A DNA stretch of 64,000 nucleotides from a virus: positions 32,001 through 96,000 of IMG/VR virus record IMGVR_UViG_3300009183_008543; one strand, 5' to 3'. Made by a program: the position numbers and the translations under genes. This document shows, piece by piece, positions 48,967 through 56,012 of the stretch. Position 1 is the stretch's first letter, and the number at the start of each line of letters is the position of its first letter. The notes beneath the pieces are model-generated. The model ran no database searches and was not told the origin of the DNA. It was given only the letters and a program-made list of their open reading frames with translations.

Positions 48967-51684
48967 TTATTCCTCTAAACACTTTTCAAATTGTTTCAAA
49001 ACTTCATCATCCGTTTGATATTTTTCATCATCAGAGGCAGGGTTTTTCAACACAATAACCCTAAAATCTAACTCCTTAGTTGGATATTTCTGTTGCCATC
49101 TTTTGTTTGGATCTCTCAGATTCCTTTCTAATGAATACCCATTAAATCCTCCAGATGGCGGAGAAAGCCTCACTCTAAGTAAGTTATCTTTCTTTAATTC
49201 TTCTTCCCATCTAAAAACATCTTCTTCCCAAAAGAATATTCTGTTTTTTTCTCCCATAGCATCTTCGGCTTCTATAGAGATATAATCTTTTCCATTTTTG
49301 GTTTTGTTTTTTTTTGTAGACAAAACTTTAATCTCGACAGGAACAATGCAATTTTCATGTTCCCGCAAAATTTGAAATGTATACCCCTTAAAATCAGAGC
49401 TTTTCTCCAAGTCATGTTCCCATGCAAATCCATAATATTTCAACTCACAAGATGAAACGCTTCTCAATTCTTTGGCAAATGTTTTATCTATCTGATGATC
49501 ATCGGAATTGAAATCAACAAGTTTTGGCAAATCAAAAACCTTAGATTCATCAAACTTTTTAATCGCCCTTTGTCTTCTTGCCCATATTTTTTTCAATTCT
49601 TTTAACTTATTGTAAGTTTTCTTGACCAACATTTTTTTATAAAATCTTTCAGTCTGAACTTCTACAAAGTCATCAGTGCCTTTGACCTTAATATATTCAA
49701 CCTCAATTCTTCTTTCTCCAGTAGTACTTTCGACAATTTTTTCAGTTTCTATGATTTCATCAATATCATATTTTTTCCATTCTGGATCATCGAAAACATT
49801 ATCGCCAACCAAATCAGTTAACTTTCTAGATTCTCCAACACAAATTTTAGAAAAATCTTCTTCGTAATTTTCCATGCCGTCTATAAATCTTTTTCTCTTG
49901 TCCTCTATTTTTTTAACAGCAGATTTATAATGTTCGTAAAATTTCCAAAGCGTAATTGGATCAGCATCTTTGAAGCAACGCAATCCAACAAGTGCTTTTA
50001 ATATGCTAGCATCTGTTCCAAACTTAAAAAGAAAATCTTCAAAATTTGCATATGGCTGATTATCAACAATTTTTTTCGCTGGTATTTCTCCTACGCCTTT
50101 AATGTTTGACAATCCATAATAGATAACATCATCAACAAGAGAAAAGGTTTCTTTAGACTTATTTATATCGACCTTTTCCATCTCAACATCATGCCGTCTT
50201 GCCTCTATCTTGTAGTCCTTTATTTTATCGCTCAATGTTTCGCAGCTAAGAACAGCAGCGTAAAATTCTTGAGGATGATGAGCCTTTAGATATAATAATC
50301 GAGAAGAAACATAGGTATAAGCAACGGAATGACTCATATTGAAGCCATATTCTGCGAAAGATTTTATCTGTTCCCACAAGCTCTGAACTTCTTCCTGAGT
50401 AGCATCTAGATTTTTTTGTCCATTTTCAATAAACATAATTTCATATTTCTTAAAAGCTTCTGCCTTCTTTTTAGAAATAGCTTTTCTTACAACTTCACAA
50501 TCTCTTAAAGGAATTTCACCAACAATATTTAAAATTTTCATAATCTGTTCTTGAAAAACCATAACTCCATATGTGTTTCCAAGAATAGGCTCAATCAATG
50601 GATGTAAGGTGTATTCTTCTTCTTCTTTTTTTCTTTTCGTATATCTTTCATGCATTAACATGCCAAGAGGACCGGGGCGATACAAAGCCGTATATGCAAC
50701 TAAATCTTCAAATCTATCAACACCACCAGCTTTTACCAATCTTCTTATGCCTTCTGAATCAAATTGAAATATGCATTTCAAATCACCTTCATTTGCCATA
50801 GCCAAAGATTTTTGATCATTTCTCCAAGAAGAAACATCTGTCCAATCAGAGTCATCATTGTTAGCACATATGCTTTTTATATTTTTTCTTTTTTTGACCA
50901 ATTCGCAACATGTAGATATTTGTTTTAAATTAGAAATTACAAGCAAATCGAATTTCACCAAACCTACTGGTTGTAAGTCTTGACCATTAAGACCTTCCAC
51001 CCAAGCAGATGCTTGCGGATTATCTTTTCTTTTTACTAATGGAACCATATCGGACAAAGGAACTGAACTTATAATCAAACCTCCAGCATGTTGACCCATA
51101 CCTCTATTTCTATTGATTAACTTGTGTGCTGCCGCAGTTGCTTCGGGATGATCTTCACAATATTTTTTCAATTTTGGATACAATTCCATGGCAGATTCCC
51201 ATGTCATAACATTTCCATCTTCATCTTTTGAATCAAGATTCTTGGTAAGTTCAAGTATTTCTTCTCTAGGATTGTCGTGAACCCGTGCCATATCAATCAA
51301 GGCACTCTTCATTCCGAAGGTTGTATAGTTGCTAATATTACAAACATATTCTTCACCAAAAGTTTCTAAAGCCCACTTGTTTTTTAAATAATCACGAACT
51401 TCAGACAAATAATCCACATCAATATCTGGCATATCGCCTTGGACAAATTTTGGATCAACATCGACATTAAAATCATCACATATACCAAGAAGCCAAGGAA
51501 CAATGATATTGTTTGTATTTTTAAATTTATTTTTCTCGCTAAATAATTTCAAAAAATATTCAGCTTTTCCTTGAACATCTATTTCTCGAAGCTCCCACTC
51601 AAGCCTTTTGCGATATTTTTCTCCAAGATTTCTTTTGTCGAAAACATGCCACAAACCTTTTTCTAATTTTTGAAAAGCATTCAT
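48967..51684 (-). CDS. dnaE: DNA polymerase III alpha subunit (family C) lacking the PHP domain
   Basis: MPDIDVD, HAGGLII, GLVKFDLL, IFQFDS, ALYRPGPL, TYGVMVFQEQIM, FAEYGFNMSHSVAY, GLSNIKGVG and a C-terminal OB fold. GGAG RBS before ATG 51684. Confidence 0.93.
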   Translation of the reverse strand: MNAFQKLEKGLWHVFDKRNLGEKYRKRLEWELREIDVQGKAEYFLKLFSEKNKFKNTNNIIVPWLLGICDDFNVDVDPKFVQGDMPDIDVDYLSEVRDYLKNKWALETFGEEYVCNISNYTTFGMKSALIDMARVHDNPREEILELTKNLDSKDEDGNVMTWESAMELYPKLKKYCEDHPEATAAAHKLINRNRGMGQHAGGLIISSVPLSDMVPLVKRKDNPQASAWVEGLNGQDLQPVGLVKFDLLVISNLKQISTCCELVKKRKNIKSICANNDDSDWTDVSSWRNDQKSLAMANEGDLKCIFQFDSEGIRRLVKAGGVDRFEDLVAYTALYRPGPLGMLMHERYTKRKKEEEEYTLHPLIEPILGNTYGVMVFQEQIMKILNIVGEIPLRDCEVVRKAISKKKAEAFKKYEIMFIENGQKNLDATQEEVQSLWEQIKSFAEYGFNMSHSVAYTYVSSRLLYLKAHHPQEFYAAVLSCETLSDKIKDYKIEARRHDVEMEKVDINKSKETFSLVDDVIYYGLSNIKGVGEIPAKKIVDNQPYANFEDFLFKFGTDASILKALVGLRCFKDADPITLWKFYEHYKSAVKKIEDKRKRFIDGMENYEEDFSKICVGESRKLTDLVGDNVFDDPEWKKYDIDEIIETEKIVESTTGERRIEVEYIKVKGTDDFVEVQTERFYKKMLVKKTYNKLKELKKIWARRQRAIKKFDESKVFDLPKLVDFNSDDHQIDKTFAKELRSVSSCELKYYGFAWEHDLEKSSDFKGYTFQILREHENCIVPVEIKVLSTKKNKTKNGKDYISIEAEDAMGEKNRIFFWEEDVFRWEEELKKDNLLRVRLSPPSGGFNGYSLERNLRDPNKRWQQKYPTKELDFRVIVLKNPASDDEKYQTDDEVLKQFEKCLEE

Positions 51685-51758
51685 AAGTAACTCCAAATAA
51701 AATGAATTAATATTGTATCACGAAATCTAAATAAATCTAGTCAACAAAAGGAGCATAT

Positions 51759-52130
51759 ATGAATTCATCAAAAGAACAGATATTAAAACTTTCTGGTTTG
51801 ATAAACGAACAACAAGCAGAATTGTCAATTGAAGAATTTGCAGAAAAAAGACATGCTGGTGCAGAAAAAATTGCAAATGCCGCAAAAGAAAAAGGTGGCG
51901 TTGCATTACTTACCTATGATCATTTTCATGTCAAATTACCTTATTACAAAAAAACATCAGAAGGAAAATTCAATCGTAAAAAACTTCAAGAAGAATATAA
52001 AGAGTTATGCTCTGAGCTTCATTCCTATATGGATGATATCGCAAGTATAGACCAATCTAAATTTCAAAAATTAGTTGGCAAAATAGAAGTTGTAGGAGAA
52101 TTGCTTATAAAAAACAAAAAGAGCCTCTAG
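51759..52130 (+). CDS. Hypothetical phage protein
   Basis: AAGGAG RBS, upstream CTAAATA, N-terminal QILKLSGLINE. Confidence 0.7.
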   Translation: MNSSKEQILKLSGLINEQQAELSIEEFAEKRHAGAEKIANAAKEKGGVALLTYDHFHVKLPYYKKTSEGKFNRKKLQEEYKELCSELHSYMDDIASIDQSKFQKLVGKIEVVGELLIKNKKSL

Positions 52131-52154
52131 AAAACTAGAGACTCTTTTTTTTTT
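52116..52154. terminator. Bidirectional intrinsic terminator
   Basis: AAAAAGAGCCTCTAG-AAAA-CTAGAGACTCTTTTTTTT. The single mismatch is a G-U pair on the minus strand. Confidence 0.8.
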
Positions 52155-52358
52155 GACTTCGATTTAAAGTTGCTCAAGATCCGATCCCGATCTCGATTAA
52201 TTTTGGCGAGTTACTAAGGAATGTGTGGAAAACTAAAACCCACACTTGAAAGTCAACACAACTTTATTCTTTCAGTCTATCTCTGTGCCAGAGTCTCAAA
52301 TTTGCCAAATTTAAGAATAAGAGTTTTGCACTTTAGTTTATTTAAAGAACACGAAGTC
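52155..52358. ncRNA. Candidate structured RNA of unknown family
   Basis: Nested complementary segments: GACTTCG/CGAAGTC, TAAAGTTGC/GCACTTTA, TTAATTTTGGCGAG/TTTGCCAAATTTAA, GTGTGG/CCACAC, TTGAAAG/CTTTCAG, CTCTG/CAGAG, AGATC/GATCT. Confidence 0.4.
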
Positions 52359-52372
52359 GTGGCTAAGATTGA

Positions 52373-52879
52373 TTACTTATTTTCTGGTAATGGTTTAAAT
52401 TCAATAATAGGCTTTGAATCTTTTATAGGATCAACTTGTGGCTTCGAAGAGTCTGTAGCCTTGCTTGGCATCGTCTTTTTTGGATTTTGACTAGCTCCGC
52501 TAACAGCAGGACAATTCATATCATCACAAGCTTTGTGATAACCTTCTTCATAGGAAATGGTTCGAACATAGTCAACTTGATCCATTCCACGATAATATCC
52601 ACTATGCCAAATTGAAGAAATTTCATTTTCTTCTGGTTTTACATTATTGACAATAGATAATATTCCTTCAATCTTTCCTTGTCCTTTTGCATTTTCCATC
52701 ATGCCATCACGATGACTATTTATTTGACTGTATAATAACTCTGTGTAACCGCTTTGTTGCAAACGATCTTTTTGATCCATCAAGTTAGTAATATCCTTAT
52801 ATGTGTCAATTCGATAAATTTGATACGCATTGACAATCAAAGAAAATCCCAAAACAGTACACAAAACATAATTGCTCAT
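52373..52879 (-). CDS. Membrane-anchored hypothetical protein
   Basis: GAGGAG RBS, N-terminal transmembrane helix, WHSGYYRG...YEEGYHKA motifs. Confidence 0.7.
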   Translation of the reverse strand: MSNYVLCTVLGFSLIVNAYQIYRIDTYKDITNLMDQKDRLQQSGYTELLYSQINSHRDGMMENAKGQGKIEGILSIVNNVKPEENEISSIWHSGYYRGMDQVDYVRTISYEEGYHKACDDMNCPAVSGASQNPKKTMPSKATDSSKPQVDPIKDSKPIIEFKPLPENK

Positions 52880-53026
52880 CCCACTCTCCTCAAATTAAAT
52901 AGTCCTTAAATTCAGTAACGAAAAGTAAAATATCACATTTTTTTTTTAAAATCAAGTCATTGAGACAATTATTTTCATATTTCTTCCTTATATATAAGGA
53001 AAGACATTCCGTAAGAGGAGATTACC

Positions 53027-53995
53027 ATGGCGTTTAAGAAATTTAGAGAATATTTAAAAGACGAAAAAAATATCGTTGAAAAACCAGAAGTGCAAAAAGT
53101 TCCCGACTATAAAGGACCTTCTAGCTCTGCTCCACCACAAGCAAAAATGGATAAAAATGCTGGTGGTCATGGTTACAAGGGTTCTGCAAAGCCTTACAGT
53201 GCAGGGAAAAATGCTGCCAATCCAAACAAATCAGAAAAAGGATTTGCACACGAAGGCGACAAAGATCTGAAATATGAACCTAAAGTCGATGTCGATACTA
53301 AAGATCCAGCAAAAGGCGAAGAACTTAAATCTTGGCATAAATCCAAAAGTGTATCTGAATGGCTCCAAAAAACACGCAAATTAAGCAATGCTGGCTTTAT
53401 AAAAGGAATGCAAAATGAAGGTATTGCCTATGGAGTTATAAAAGAAACTATAACCGAATGTGCAAAATCAAATAGAAATGTCGCTCAACTTGTCATGGAA
53501 ATGAAACGAAATAAATTGCTTAAATCTTTGATTTCTGAGATTTGCAGTCACGAATCTGCAATTCCTGCGATTCTTTCAGAAATCAAAAAAAATAGTTTGT
53601 TCTTAAAGTACTTAAATGAATTTCATGATATGGACCATGATGAAAATAATAGTGATGATGAAGAACCTATGGAAATGGATGATGAAGAACCTATGGAAAT
53701 GGATGATGATGAATCCATGGGTGATGACGATGAATCCATGGGTGATGACGATGAATCCATGGGTGATGATGATGAATCCATGGGCGATGACGATGAATCC
53801 ATGGATGATGACGATGAATCCATGGGTGATGATGATGAATCCATGGGTGATGATGATGAATCCATGGGTGATGACGATGAATCCATGGGCGATGATGATG
53901 ACGAATCTGCTCTTTCCAACCCAATTGGAAAACACCATGCAAGAAAAGCATTGAAAAAAATGGGACCACCACCCGGTCCTTCTAGTGAATTCTAA
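53027..53995 (+). CDS. Hypothetical phage protein with acidic MGDDDES repeat tail
   Basis: GAGGAG RBS, N-terminus MAFKKFREYL, acidic tandem repeat near the C-terminus. Confidence 0.75.
   Translation: MAFKKFREYLKDEKNIVEKPEVQKVPDYKGPSSSAPPQAKMDKNAGGHGYKGSAKPYSAGKNAANPNKSEKGFAHEGDKDLKYEPKVDVDTKDPAKGEELKSWHKSKSVSEWLQKTRKLSNAGFIKGMQNEGIAYGVIKETITECAKSNRNVAQLVMEMKRNKLLKSLISEICSHESAIPAILSEIKKNSLFLKYLNEFHDMDHDENNSDDEEPMEMDDEEPMEMDDDESMGDDDESMGDDDESMGDDDESMGDDDESMDDDDESMGDDDESMGDDDESMGDDDESMGDDDDESALSNPIGKHHARKALKKMGPPPGPSSEF
53655..53908 (+). repeat. Coding minisatellite: about 9 x 21 nt (MGDDDES) preceded by 2 x 24 nt (DDEEPMEM)
   Basis: Repeated gatgaatccatggg(t/c)gatga(c/t). Confidence 0.95.
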
Positions 53996-54028
53996 AAAAA
54001 GCAAGCTCCGAAAGGGGCTTACTTTTTT
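53995..54028 (+). terminator. Intrinsic terminator
   Basis: AAGCTCC-GAAA-GGGGCTT stem-loop followed by ACTTTTTT. Confidence 0.75.
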
Positions 54029-54060
54029 ATAGCAGGAGGCTTTATCATAGCAGGAGGCTA
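54029..54060 (+). promoter_or_regulatory. Tandem ATAGCAGGAGGCT repeat; candidate paired CsrA sites overlapping the RBS
   Basis: Exact 13-nt direct repeat (54029-54041 and 54047-54059). Each copy can fold as AGC-AGGAG-GCT, placing GGA in the loop. Confidence 0.45.
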
Positions 54061-54753
54061 ATGATTTTACATGGAAGTAAAGAAAAAATCTTAATTTGTA
54101 TGCCCACCTATCACTCTAAAATGGAGTGGCTTGTTCGATCTGTAGATTCATTGCACTTTCAAACATATAAGAATTTTGATTGCTATGTTGTAAAAGATGG
54201 ATGCTCAGAATCATGCACATTTACCAATTTTGAAAAAACATGTATTGAATGTGCAGATTGCAAAAAAACAAGAATATTTTTTGAAAAAGTTTGCAAGGCA
54301 GATTCTAGATTTAAATTTTTTACATTGCCAATACATCATAGCGGTGCAGGTTGGGGTCCAAGAAATTTTGCCATCATGAATACACATCACAATTACATTG
54401 GATATCTTGATGATGATAATTGGTATGAAAAAGATCATATAGAATTACTTTATAAAACAATAACTGAAACCAAAAGCGACATGTGCTACACAGGAACCAG
54501 ACTTTACGATCACAACAAAAAAGTTGTCGGAGAAAGAATTCATAATGATATTCCAAAAGCTGGTTATATAGATACTTCTGAGATTATGCACACTAGATAC
54601 CTTATAGAAAAACACGGAGGTTGGCGCTATGTAAAAAAGTGCAATGATTGGGATATAGTTTCAAGATGGGTTCCCGATGTGAAATGGAGTCACACCAACA
54701 AGGTAACACTTAATTTCTTTCTGAGGGATGGATGCGGAATACACAGGAAATAA
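54061..54753 (+). CDS. Glycosyltransferase family 2 protein
   Basis: ICMPTY, SLHFQTYKNF, VVKDGC, GPRNFAI, YIGYLDDDNWY, IDTSEIMH, DWD. Confidence 0.88.
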   Translation: MILHGSKEKILICMPTYHSKMEWLVRSVDSLHFQTYKNFDCYVVKDGCSESCTFTNFEKTCIECADCKKTRIFFEKVCKADSRFKFFTLPIHHSGAGWGPRNFAIMNTHHNYIGYLDDDNWYEKDHIELLYKTITETKSDMCYTGTRLYDHNKKVVGERIHNDIPKAGYIDTSEIMHTRYLIEKHGGWRYVKKCNDWDIVSRWVPDVKWSHTNKVTLNFFLRDGCGIHRK

Positions 54754-56012
54754 AACAGTTCATCCAGAAGTGGAAAAACTTCACCGATCCTTCCACGCAA
54801 ATTCCTTACGACTACAAACCAATATGCAAAGATTTACTTCTACACGATGAAGAACTTGTTGTCGAAACAATAGACATACTGAAAAGAAACATATCGTCTT
54901 GGGCAGAAAAAAATTCCGAAATTTATGAAAGTAAAAAAGCCTTTACTTTTTTGGAAAAAAAAGATCTCAACGATAAAAGCAAATGGTATGTAAAATCCTT
55001 GGAAAAGGAATCCATGCCAATGAAAAGTAGCGGAAGCACCACTGGCGAGGGATTTGAATACTTGCGATGGGAACCTTTCCTTTATTTCATCGAAGGAGAA
55101 AACCACTACGACCTTATTCTGGATGAGTACGAAATACCACAGAACCCACACATCATGTACTTTTTTAATTCCTCGTTCGGAAGTGGTCCAAGACACATAA
55201 ACAACACATCGAAAAGCAAGAACTTCATGGAACACCACGGAACGAAAAGAACCGCAATGGTTCATTATGCAAACACAAAACTCCAAAAAGAAAAAGAAGA
55301 AGTATTCCAAAAATATCTACTCAAGTATTTAAATGCAAAAAAAATGGATGTAATATTCGCTCCCGGTCCACAAATAAAAAAAATATGCTCTTATATAAAA
55401 AAGGAAAACTATAAGGGTAAACTGTGCAACTTGTTAAGTAATAGCAATGAGAAACTTCTAGATGAGGATGCTAAGTTCCTTCTGGAAAACAAATATGTAT
55501 CACATATATGCGACCACATGCGGTGTTGGGATGGTGGTGCTTCATTCTTCACATGCAAAGACAAGAACTATCACTTGATGGACAACCTTTCTTGGTGTGT
55601 CGAAAACGAAGAAAGACTTATATCAACCGATTACTTCTCCTTGGCTTGTCCTTTCGTAAAATTCTGGAATGGCGATAGGTGCAAGATAGGCGAGAAATAC
55701 CAGAGATGTTCTTGCGGAAGGTTGTACAGAGATTTTAAATTCTTAGAGAATCGACCCTTCGCCATAAAAGGGCATTCGATCAACGAGTATAAGAAAAAGC
55801 TCATGGAAACTGGTCTTACAGAGATAAAACAGGTGAATTGCGGAAATGATTTCATAGAGATCGTATCTAATAAGGAAATAGATCCATCCAAGAAAGATGA
55901 AGTTGCCAAAATATTTAAGTCTCACAAGTTGAGATTCAAGGTTATTCCAGACCAAATATTGGCATCGCAAAAAGTACAGAACAGAAATCCATCTGGAAAG
56001 GATGGAGACTAA
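54732..56012 (+). CDS. Phenylacetate-CoA ligase/CapK-like adenylate-forming protein
   Basis: KSSGSTTGE P-loop, YHLMD...VE, LISTD, PFVKFWNGD, CSCGR. Confidence 0.7.
   Translation: MRNTQEIKQFIQKWKNFTDPSTQIPYDYKPICKDLLLHDEELVVETIDILKRNISSWAEKNSEIYESKKAFTFLEKKDLNDKSKWYVKSLEKESMPMKSSGSTTGEGFEYLRWEPFLYFIEGENHYDLILDEYEIPQNPHIMYFFNSSFGSGPRHINNTSKSKNFMEHHGTKRTAMVHYANTKLQKEKEEVFQKYLLKYLNAKKMDVIFAPGPQIKKICSYIKKENYKGKLCNLLSNSNEKLLDEDAKFLLENKYVSHICDHMRCWDGGASFFTCKDKNYHLMDNLSWCVENEERLISTDYFSLACPFVKFWNGDRCKIGEKYQRCSCGRLYRDFKFLENRPFAIKGHSINEYKKKLMETGLTEIKQVNCGNDFIEIVSNKEIDPSKKDEVAKIFKSHKLRFKVIPDQILASQKVQNRNPSGKDGD

Noticed and set aside
49450-49950. Insertion in DnaE as a possible intein
   Set aside because: No N-terminal Cys/Ser block, no His-Asn terminus and no LAGLIDADG motifs.
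52221-52490. Plus-strand 89-aa ORF
   Set aside because: It starts after a terminator, overlaps a convergent gene and lacks protein-like features. The region is better explained as structured RNA or UTR.
53655-53908. Short regular repeat as a possible CRISPR array
   Set aside because: Units are directly adjacent with no unique spacers, are in frame within a CDS, and no cas genes are seen.
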